A stretch of DNA of 64,000 nt from Synechococcus sp. GTDB lineage: Bacteria; Cyanobacteriota; Cyanobacteriia; Thermostichales; PCC-7336. The DNA is taken from the NCBI GenBank assembly GCA_051439425.1, contig JBFRWD010000103.1, positions 1 through 64,000 on the forward strand, read 5' to 3'. The translations under genes were made by a program, and so were the position numbers. This document shows positions 40,423 through 48,784 of the stretch, in pieces. The notes below the pieces were generated by a model. The model was not told the DNA's origin. It searched no databases and saw only the letters and a list, made by a program, of their open reading frames with translations. Positions within the stretch are counted from its first letter, which is position 1, and each line of letters begins with the position of its first letter.

Positions 40423-41376
40423 ATGATAGGTTCGATCATAAGATTTGCCCAAATTTCGGACATGCACTTGATGCAGCCGGATGGATGCCGGTGCAAGTGG
40501 ATGCCGGGGGAACCCGAGGAACTGTTACAGCAGGCGATCTCGCAAGTCCAGGAGATACCCAACCTGGATTTTGTTGTGTTTACCGGTGACCTGGTGGATG
40601 CGGCCGATTGCGCCAGCTTCCAACGTCTAGATGAAATTGTGCGTCAGTTATCGATACCGTACTTTTTCAGCGTGGGCAATCACGACATCGATGAAGTTGA
40701 TGGTGTCGCCCCAGCGGGGAAGTTTGGTCGGTCGCAATTTATTGACTGGTGCCGCACGCATTTTTGGCTGGATGCGGCCGAAACAGGGTTCGCTGATTTT
40801 GTGGTGTCCCCTCTCCCCCATCTCAAGCTCATCTGCGTGGATGCCAGCATCGGCCCCTGTCCAGAGCCTCAGGGCACGCTCCGTCCACGGCAACTGGACT
40901 GGTTGGCCGCTCGGCTAAAGCAGTATTCCGACGAGATGGTCATTGTCGCGATCCATCAACCGCCCCTTGCCTCTGTTTTATTTCGTCACCACCGCATATT
41001 GCCAGACCATTCCCGCCAGTTCTGCCAAGTCCTGGCCCAGCACCGATATGTTGCTGCCGTACTGAGTGGCCACCTGCACACCCCTAAGCGCTATCGCAGG
41101 AGAAACACAGCTTTCTTGACCGCCCCTCCACTGGTAGGGCCAGTAGCCGCGTTCCGTACGATCGAACTGGAGGGTCCTATCTCATCTGCTCCCAATCGCC
41201 AGTGGGGGCGGCTGAGGTATGACTGGCATTCTGTACGTCTGTCGGGGGCCAATCCAAAGTTGATGTGGAAAGCGATTGCTCGTGGACGCTCTATCGATCG
41301 CTCCGGCCAAGTGAGGATAGCGGTACCGGCCAATTGGGGAGAGACTCTACCGCTGCACGTTCCTGTTGTGGCGTAA
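40423..41376 (+). CDS. Calcineurin-like metallophosphoesterase (CpdA/Icc-like)
   Basis: SDMH, TGDLVD, GNHD, IHQPP, SGHLH. Confidence 0.92.
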   Translation: MIGSIIRFAQISDMHLMQPDGCRCKWMPGEPEELLQQAISQVQEIPNLDFVVFTGDLVDAADCASFQRLDEIVRQLSIPYFFSVGNHDIDEVDGVAPAGKFGRSQFIDWCRTHFWLDAAETGFADFVVSPLPHLKLICVDASIGPCPEPQGTLRPRQLDWLAARLKQYSDEMVIVAIHQPPLASVLFRHHRILPDHSRQFCQVLAQHRYVAAVLSGHLHTPKRYRRRNTAFLTAPPLVGPVAAFRTIELEGPISSAPNRQWGRLRYDWHSVRLSGANPKLMWKAIARGRSIDRSGQVRIAVPANWGETLPLHVPVVA

Positions 41377-41486
41377 ATAATCTCCCCTGAGAAGAACTGG
41401 CTTTCCATATGCTGCTGTTGAGCATTCTCATTCCTCTTGAGTCGTAAATTCTTAGCGTCTCGCCGCGCGAGTCAAGGACTCAAAAC

Positions 41487-41966
41487 TTAAGAACGAAATA
41501 TATATTTCAGTTGGATTTCGATATCGCTTCGACCATCAACTGCCACAGCCGCTTCTTCGAATTTAGGCGGACGCATAGAGATGCTGGGGTTACGAGAAAA
41601 GCCAAATCCTTCGCGGGGAATCCCTAGCAGGTTGAAGTTAAGGGCACCATCACTGTTGGCGTCATGAAAGACCGCGACGGCATAATCCCCTGGCACCGGC
41701 AGGTCGAAGGTAATTTCAGGCGTTGCATCGTCAAGGGCCACACATTGGGTTGCTAACGCCCGCTCGCCTCCTGATGGGAATCCGGCTTCGCTGTCAAATA
41801 AACTCAAACAGATTTGTCCCTCTTGAGTCCGAAATCCGTTAACGGTTACTGTGAGTTGGTTTTTGGGATGGGATGGGAACCCATCCGGAATAGAAATGCC
41901 GCCTACAATTGCCAGCAAGAGCAGAGGGAATGAAAAGTATTGCACGGTCGTCGTCAGAAAGGACAA
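41487..41966 (-). CDS. DUF2141 family protein
   Basis: GDYAVAVFHD.N.DG.L..N.LGIP.EGFGFS.NP. Confidence 0.9.
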   Translation of the reverse strand: MSFLTTTVQYFSFPLLLLAIVGGISIPDGFPSHPKNQLTVTVNGFRTQEGQICLSLFDSEAGFPSGGERALATQCVALDDATPEITFDLPVPGDYAVAVFHDANSDGALNFNLLGIPREGFGFSRNPSISMRPPKFEEAAVAVDGRSDIEIQLKYIFRS

Positions 41967-42380
41967 GAAGAACTGCCCACAGCCAACATTTACGCTGTCA
42001 GTATTGGTGAAACGCGGCTGCCGATAAAGTCTGAGATGGAAGCGGGAGTTGTCGTTGTAGAGAGGGGACGAGCATCAGTATGAGAGCGCAAACCACAGTC
42101 GAATATATTAGCTTTTGGTGAGAAACCCCAGGATCTAAACCTAAAGTCCATTGCCGTAAAAAGCATTCTCGTTTAGAGCGAATTATGGGATCGATATCCC
42201 TCCAGTTTGGTCCCCACAATTGCCCCTCCGCACCATTCGACCGTCGAAATAATATTGGCGATGATTACACTCATGAGCCCTGACCACTTCGCATGGCGCA
42301 CTTCGATATCAGGTCTAGTCCTTAATTTGACAGCAGCAAGCTGACGTTCCAAACCGCAGGGTGCCATGCCATAACTAGAG

Positions 42381-43253
42381 CTATTTACCCGTCAACCCTG
42401 CTGGATTGGAAATTTTATCGGAGTCGGTAATGATCGCTTTCGTTCCTGGAGCTAGCTTGCGCACGTACTCCAACTGAACAATCTCGGGATTCTGCTGCAG
42501 CGCTTTACCCTTCAGCTCGATCGCCGAAGCTTCTCCCTCCGCTTGAATAATCGCCCGCTGCTTCTCCAGCTCTGCCTTTTCCACCAAAAAACGCTCCCGT
42601 TCCTTTTCCTGTTCGGCAATCTGTTTTTGTTCGATCGCCGTCTGGAACTGGTTTGAAAACTCTACGTTGCGCAGAAACACATCCTGCAAAATCAGATCGT
42701 TATTGGCGAATTTAGACACTAATTGTGCCTCGATTGCATCCTGAATTTGATCGCGCTCGTCAGAATACACGGCGATCGCTTGGTGCAATGCCAGCTCATT
42801 CCGAACCACCGTTCGCACTTCAGGCCGAATCACCTTATCCAAATATCGGGGGCCAGTGGCTTGATGCAGGTGTGAAACTTTATCGGGGTCGAGGCGATAT
42901 CGCACCGAAACATCCAACGAAATTTGCTGACCGTCAGAACTTAGCACCCGCAACGCATCATCCCCGCGCACGTTCCCCTCAGACATCTGAGAGGCCATCG
43001 TATAAGTTTGGGTGCGCACGTCATAAAAAATAGGACTCTCGATCGCTGGCACCAAGAAGTGCAGCCCCTCCCCACGAGGGCTATCTTCCAACCCTGTCAG
43101 CGAATTAAAAATGACCGCCCGACTTCCCGCCGGCACAATCAGAAAGCATTGGGAGCCCACTGTCAGGAGCAGGAATAGCAAACCACCCAAAATGTATGCC
43201 CAGAAGGGAATCTCCGGCAAATTGAACTCCGGACGCGGATTGGCCGAGCGCAT
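42381..43253 (-). CDS. Prohibitin / SPFH (band 7) protein
   Basis: N-terminal TM, GEGLHF..P, YDVR, DVSVRY, AIEQKQIAEQ, AEGEA. Confidence 0.93.
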   Translation of the reverse strand: MRSANPRPEFNLPEIPFWAYILGGLLFLLLTVGSQCFLIVPAGSRAVIFNSLTGLEDSPRGEGLHFLVPAIESPIFYDVRTQTYTMASQMSEGNVRGDDALRVLSSDGQQISLDVSVRYRLDPDKVSHLHQATGPRYLDKVIRPEVRTVVRNELALHQAIAVYSDERDQIQDAIEAQLVSKFANNDLILQDVFLRNVEFSNQFQTAIEQKQIAEQEKERERFLVEKAELEKQRAIIQAEGEASAIELKGKALQQNPEIVQLEYVRKLAPGTKAIITDSDKISNPAGLTGK

Positions 43254-43617
43254 ACAAGCTCCCCAGGGATTGCAAAAAACATCTCTACAGAGCCTAACGG
43301 ATTTTCTTGACTCGGCCTAGCTTTTCGGGGCTCTCCGTCTCCAATTTTCAAAAAACACTGATTCCGATCGGCCCATCACACGGTGATAGTGATGGTAATG
43401 GCAAGCGGGGATGGCGGGCAGAGAGGCAAGGCCAGCCCTAGCGTAACGAATACCTACCAGCACTTGAAATGGTTGCAGGGTACGAAATTGCACTCCAGAT
43501 GTAGCGCCTGAGAAAGAATTAATTGCTAGACTTACGCTGTATATACTATAAGCATCAGGTGCGTCAGTGATTCCATGCCGTGAGAACGCACCGAACTACT
43601 ACTAACGTCTACAAGGA

Positions 43618-44868
43618 TTGAGTCTCATGGGTTGCCTTCCTCACCGTTCTCTCTCGACTGTTCTGACCGCTACTATTCTCACGACCGTGGCGATCGCTCA
43701 GCCAGTCTTGTTCTTGAAACAGGCAGCCATTGCACAAGAGCCTGATGCTGCCAGCGAAATTGAATTTATTCCCCCCAGCGGTAGTCCAGAGGCAGTGCCA
43801 CCCAATAGTGGAAATCAAGTGATTACAGCACCGCAGGGGTCTTTCGGCCGTGGCGGTCAAGTCGCAGTCCCATCACCGCCGTCCTCCTCACCGGATGCGC
43901 CGCTGGCTACATCTACCTTTTCCTCCGACCGTTCTCAAACTGCCCCCAACCCAGAGGCCGGCGTAAGTAACGCAATCCCTGCGGGCCAGCCGCCCATCCC
44001 TCAAGCACCTGTCAATCAAGCACCTGTTAATCAAGCTCCTACCAACCCGGTACCCGCTAGCGTTGCTCCTCCTGCCCCAACCGTTTCGCAAGCTGTGCCC
44101 GATGCCGTTCCTCCATTAGGGGACACATCCTCCTACAACTACTCCACTTCTGCGCCCACAGAATCAGAAGCACTGCCTGTTATACCGGTGCCCGCGCAGC
44201 CCGTAGCACCTCAACCGGCTCCCAATCTTGCGTCAGGGACTCCTAGCCAGCCAGATGTGCCAACGTCGTACGATTACCGACGCCCCTCAGCCGGTGCGCC
44301 ATCAAGTCCCACGTTTGTCGCAAGCGGACAACTGCCGGGAGGAACCATTATTCCATTAGCAACATTTCGGGATACTAAGTTTACTCAGGGGCAACAGCTT
44401 CAGGTGAATTTGAGCGTTGCACAAGATGTTGTGGACAGTCAGGGCCGCACAATTGTGCCCGCTGGCAGTACAGTCTGGGGCCGTTTTGAACCCATCATGG
44501 AAGAGAGCACCGACATGGTGGGTAGTTACGAGCGCACTCGCGAGCGCATGGTCGGCAGTCAATTCATTGCAGAACGTATCGATATCCAGTCTGCATCCCA
44601 CACCATTTCCGGTCGCACCAATCGCATTCCAGCCGGTATCGATCCTGACGCTGATGTCGATCGCGTTGCCCTCAGAAACGCTGGCTACGGAGTGTTGGGG
44701 GGTGTGGCATTGGGAGTTTTAACCGGAGGTGCCGGTTTCTTGCCTCTGATGGCGATTGGTGGAGCCGGTGGGGCAATGGCAGGAACCGTATCGGTGAGCA
44801 ATGTCGTTTCGATCGATGGCGACACCATTCTCGAACTAACCTTGGATCAACCCTTTATCTCCAGCTAA
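43618..44868 (+). CDS. Secreted Pro-rich hypothetical protein; C-terminal domain resembles 28411..29091
   Basis: Signal peptide, QAPVN repeats, DVVDSQG..IVPAGS.VWGRFEP...GSQFIA, glycine zipper. Confidence 0.75.
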   Translation: MSLMGCLPHRSLSTVLTATILTTVAIAQPVLFLKQAAIAQEPDAASEIEFIPPSGSPEAVPPNSGNQVITAPQGSFGRGGQVAVPSPPSSSPDAPLATSTFSSDRSQTAPNPEAGVSNAIPAGQPPIPQAPVNQAPVNQAPTNPVPASVAPPAPTVSQAVPDAVPPLGDTSSYNYSTSAPTESEALPVIPVPAQPVAPQPAPNLASGTPSQPDVPTSYDYRRPSAGAPSSPTFVASGQLPGGTIIPLATFRDTKFTQGQQLQVNLSVAQDVVDSQGRTIVPAGSTVWGRFEPIMEESTDMVGSYERTRERMVGSQFIAERIDIQSASHTISGRTNRIPAGIDPDADVDRVALRNAGYGVLGGVALGVLTGGAGFLPLMAIGGAGGAMAGTVSVSNVVSIDGDTILELTLDQPFISS

Positions 44869-45003
44869 CGTCGATCTCCAGCTCGACATCTCAACCCAAT
44901 ATTCAGTGTTCTTTCAGCACAACCTGTTCTGGGGGCTCGACCTTGGAACAGGTTGCTGTGACTGGTGGCCCTTGGGGGGACCCTGGGGTGCTGCTTCCCC
45001 ACA

Positions 45004-45107
45004 TACAGCAATCCGCTGTAAGGTCTGGAGTGTTGAGATGGCTGACTAACTTGATAAACGAGGAAAGTGTTTCGGACAGTCTTCATAGCGTATTGCCGAA
45101 TGCTATG
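45004..45107 (+). repeat. Dispersed element family 1, copy C (104 bp)
   Basis: TACAGCAATCCGCTGTAAGGTCTGGAG - 50 nt - CTTCATAGCGTATTGCCGAATGCTATG. Confidence 0.85.
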
Positions 45108-45198
45108 GCGTCTGCCATTTCAGTCAGGGCAAAGATCGCCAATTACGGCCAGGGTTGACCGTAGCTGAAATGTCAGCAGTGCTATGACCATTGCTATG
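45104..45198 (+). repeat. Dispersed element family 2 copy (95 bp), tandem with copy C
   Basis: TATGGCGTCTGCCATTTCAGTCAGGGCAA...AGCTGAAATGTC...TATGACCATTGCTATG. Confidence 0.78.
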
Positions 45199-45274
45199 TG
45201 TGGTGCGCCATCAATAGGATTGTCTCTATGTAAAAGTCATACCTACTTCAAGATGGGCTAGTATAGACCCAGAT

Positions 45275-45290
45275 TGTACGTAAAACTACA
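45275..45290. promoter_or_regulatory. Putative NtcA site just upstream of furC
   Basis: TGTA-CGTAAAAC-TACA between a TAGTAT -10-like hexamer (45259-45264) and the ATG at 45299. Confidence 0.45.
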
Positions 45291-45298
45291 ACTTGTTT

Positions 45299-45757
45299 AT
45301 GACCGATCTAGCCACCTCTTTAGATGACGCACTCAGTCTTTGCCAGGAGAAAAACCTGCGGTTGAGCCGTCAGCGCCGATACATACTCGAACTACTCTGG
45401 CAAAGCAACGAGCATTTATCTGCGCGCGAAATTTACGATCGCCTCAACCAACAGCAAAAATCCATCGGTCACACTTCTGTTTACCAAAATCTAGAGGCCC
45501 TCTCGGCTCATGGAGTCATCGAGTGCATCGAGCGAGCAGACGGTCGCCGATACGGAAATCGCAACGACATGCATAGCCACGTTAACTGCCTGGAAACTGA
45601 CAGTATTACTGACGTAGATGTCACACTACCCGAAGATGTCATCAGGCAAGTCGAAGCGGCAACGGGAATGAGTATCTCCAACTATCGCATCGACTTTTTT
45701 GGGGTGCCTGCAGTTGGGGCAACGATAGAAGATCGACAAGGCGAATCAACTCGGTAG
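45299..45757 (+). CDS. furC: Fur-family regulator, cyanobacterial FurC/PerR type
   Basis: ILELLWQSNEHLSAREIYDRLNQQ..IGHTSVYQNLEALS, HSHVNCL. Confidence 0.88.
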   Translation: MTDLATSLDDALSLCQEKNLRLSRQRRYILELLWQSNEHLSAREIYDRLNQQQKSIGHTSVYQNLEALSAHGVIECIERADGRRYGNRNDMHSHVNCLETDSITDVDVTLPEDVIRQVEAATGMSISNYRIDFFGVPAVGATIEDRQGESTR

Positions 45758-45963
45758 GCTAGAGTTCTGTCAGCACAAGATCGGCAGCATTCTTCAACAC
45801 AAGCCTGGTGGCTCCCTGGTCATTTGTCTGGCTTACTGTCAGGGATTCATTTTTCTCAGGGAATCATCTTTAAAAAAAGCGCGCTGCTGTCGGTTTGATA
45901 GTACTCGTCAATCCATCAATTTTGTGTTGACAAACCACTAGTGCGAAGCGATCGAGAATCCCC

Positions 45964-46545
45964 ATGACCATCATTGATGACCTGTTGCACTTCCTCGAGA
46001 CCCGGCTCGAAGAATTTTTGCGGGCGCACCCCAAGCTGGAATTACAGGCACTGGAAGAGCAACTGCGGCAGCAGGAGTCGGATACCACCAAACTGATTGC
46101 CGAAACACGTGCAGATCGGCAGCGATTGCAGCAAAGTATTTTGGCCACAGCTCAAGAGATCAAGCGCTGGCACGAGCGAGTCGAAAAGGCCCGCCAAGCC
46201 AACCGCCCCGATCTCGCTCGCGGGGCACAGCAACGGGAAGCAGACTTGCTCAATCAAGGCAACCAACTGTGGGGGCAAATGCAAGGGGCCAAGGAACGAT
46301 TGCAAAATATGGAAGAACTGCTACGGCGCGTACAACAGCGCAGACGGGAGGTGCGCGATCGGATCGCTGAAATGGCCCGTACTCATCAAGCCGAGGCGGC
46401 AGCATCAGCGTCAGCCGGTGTAACCGATGAAGAATGGAGTGGCTGGTCGCAGCCGTCTAGCAACTGGAACGATCTGGAGCGAGAATTTCAGCGATTTGAG
46501 ACCGATTTAGAGCTAGAAGCCATGAAGCAACAGCAGAATCTCTAG
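45964..46545 (+). CDS. TIGR04376-family coiled-coil protein
   Basis: DDL..FLETRLEEFL..P.LELQALEEQL; WH.R..KA; LL.QGNQ.WGQM. Confidence 0.82.
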   Translation: MTIIDDLLHFLETRLEEFLRAHPKLELQALEEQLRQQESDTTKLIAETRADRQRLQQSILATAQEIKRWHERVEKARQANRPDLARGAQQREADLLNQGNQLWGQMQGAKERLQNMEELLRRVQQRRREVRDRIAEMARTHQAEAAASASAGVTDEEWSGWSQPSSNWNDLEREFQRFETDLELEAMKQQQNL

Positions 46546-46710
46546 TACTGGTCTAGTGGTTTGCCAGGTTTGCGATGAGGGGCATCTGCTATCACATGTA
46601 GCCATGTGTAATCACAGGGTTCAAGAGATCCAATCACTGCCTAGGCTGTGCTGAGTAATAATACCTTAGGGTGATATCACCTCTTAGCGTGGCTGTTAGA
46701 GAGTGGATGA

Positions 46711-47445
46711 ATGGCTGTTCGGGTGTTCTCGGATTTTGATGGGCCGTTGGTGGATGTGTCCGACCGATACTATCAGGTCTATCGATTCTGCGTGGATGCC
46801 ATTGGAGAAGCAGGGCAGCAGCTAACACCGTTGAGTAAATCAGAATTTTGGGACTTGAAACGCGATCGCGTCCCAGAAGAAAGTATTGCCCTTAAAACCG
46901 GGTTTCGCGCCGACCAGACCGTAGAGTTTGCCCGGATGCGACGAGAGTATGCTCATAGCCAACCGTATTTCAAATACGACACCATTCAGCCGGATGCGAT
47001 CGCGTCGCTAACCCAACTGCGCGATGCCGGAGTAGAACTCGCCGTAATGACCATGCGTCGGGTCTGCGAATTAGAACCAGCGCTAGAGCGATTTGGTTTG
47101 GCAGAATTTTTCCCCCCTCACCTGCGCTATTGCTTGCCCAACGACTACATCAAGCAGGGGGACATACGCGATAAACCGTTGTTAATGGCCAGAGCATTGA
47201 AAGAATTGCCAAACGCAACCCGCAGTTGGATGGTGGGTGATACTGAAGCGGATCTAACAGCGGGAAATACCCACAATATGTCCGCGATAGGATTGCTGTG
47301 CGGGATTCGCAACTTCCGGCAATTGGAAAAATATAACCCCACTATCGTTCTGCCCACTTTGTCCGATGCGACACGCTCCATATTGGACGAGCTGAGCATT
47401 CAGACTCGTCGATCCCAACCTGAACCTTGGGTTGAAGTCAGTTGA
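46711..47445 (+). CDS. HAD-superfamily hydrolase
   Basis: SDFDGPLVDVS, VMTMR, DKP, MVGDTEAD. Confidence 0.92.
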   Translation: MAVRVFSDFDGPLVDVSDRYYQVYRFCVDAIGEAGQQLTPLSKSEFWDLKRDRVPEESIALKTGFRADQTVEFARMRREYAHSQPYFKYDTIQPDAIASLTQLRDAGVELAVMTMRRVCELEPALERFGLAEFFPPHLRYCLPNDYIKQGDIRDKPLLMARALKELPNATRSWMVGDTEADLTAGNTHNMSAIGLLCGIRNFRQLEKYNPTIVLPTLSDATRSILDELSIQTRRSQPEPWVEVS

Positions 47446-47662
47446 TGCTGCTTGCAAATCGGCATTGTCATTCCCAATCCAGTCATCAATCACCTGCACT
47501 CTGTTTTGCAGGCGGCCCCAATAGAATAACCAGTACTTAGACATTCGCGAGCTTCGCACGCCAGTCAAAACTCGGAATGTTGTCAAATTCTATCCATGGA
47601 CTCGATTAGCTCCTCGTTTACGAACTCGTACCCGACGCGATCGTCGATTCAGTAGTTCGCGC

Positions 47663-47757
47663 TATAGCAGTGGCCACACCACTGCGGACATTTCAGCTAT
47701 GTTCATCCCTGACTGTGCTTAGATTCCCTTGTCCTAACTGACATTGCAGGCACTATA
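47663..47757 (-). repeat. Dispersed element family 2 copy (95 bp)
   Basis: TATAGTGCCTGCAATGTCAGTTAGGACAAG...AGCTGAAATGTCCGCAGTGGTGTGGCCACTGCTATA. Confidence 0.82.
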
Positions 47758-47837
47758 TAGGTGAGGAACCGACATTCTCCATTTAGCTGGCCGCTTTGCC
47801 CGCCAAAAACAACTCTCACCGCCAGTCTGCCAAATGG

Positions 47838-48548
47838 CTACGGTAAGTACTGAAAGAGGAAATCGACTGTTTGTTGTTTGATGAAATTGCGCGCGACGGC
47901 CAACTCGCCAAAGCGGATGGATTGCCGGCGCTGCTCGTTTAGAATCACTTCAACTTGATGAAGATCGAGTAACCGCGCGGACACTAAATGTTCGCCGATC
48001 GGTTGTTTTTGGCGATTCGATATAATGCTGGGCAATGTTTCTGCAAAAAAATCAGCCGTTTCTTGATAAATCCACCCTCGCAGAGCCAAGATTTCCCCCA
48101 ACCTTAAGTCCTCTCGATACTGAGCATCCATAAGAGCAACTTGAATTTGAGATTGGTTAATCAGGCCTGCCCCTAAAAGGCTTTCGCCCAGTCGCATAAT
48201 CTTTTTCGGGGCCGTATCCAGTAGCTCCGGAATCTCTTGAACGCCCTCTACCTTGTCCCGTTCAAAATCACTGTCTACTTCAAGATCGAATTCCCGATCG
48301 GGATCGTGAGATCGCTTTTTGGGCTTGATATTGTAGATCTTATCCCATTGTTTTAGAACTGTTTTGGCTGCAAACGGAGACATTCCGTCGAGCTTACACA
48401 AGCGCCGTTTCGCAATCCGCCGCCTGTCGTAGTAGGAGATATCAGTACGACTTCTGTAAAAATGCTCCACCTCTAACATCGGCGCTCTCATCCGTGCAGT
48501 CCAGTCCGAGCAGGAAGGTGACAGAATACTCGAAATCAGAGAAAACAT
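47838..48548 (-). CDS. Hypothetical protein with tandem MshEN-like repeats
   Basis: RLGESLLGAGLINQSQIQVAL..Q...RLGEILALRGWI; PIGEHLV.A.LL...Q...RFGELAV. Confidence 0.75.
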   Translation of the reverse strand: MFSLISSILSPSCSDWTARMRAPMLEVEHFYRSRTDISYYDRRRIAKRRLCKLDGMSPFAAKTVLKQWDKIYNIKPKKRSHDPDREFDLEVDSDFERDKVEGVQEIPELLDTAPKKIMRLGESLLGAGLINQSQIQVALMDAQYREDLRLGEILALRGWIYQETADFFAETLPSIISNRQKQPIGEHLVSARLLDLHQVEVILNEQRRQSIRFGELAVARNFIKQQTVDFLFQYLP

Positions 48549-48784
48549 TTATCCAAACACCATCAACCATAAGGCCCTATATATACCCAAAGGTAACACC
48601 AGATGTGTCGCAGAAAGGGTTTTGTATATTTGTTTGCATAAAGTAGAGGCTTATCTATGCGCATCTCGCAAGCTGGATAAGACAGAAATCCGCACTGGCA
48701 AGGACACACATTTGCTATGCCTGCTAAGCCATTTGTCTATGCGTGTGATGGCAGCGGTTAACCCGATCTTGTGGTTGTGTCTGT

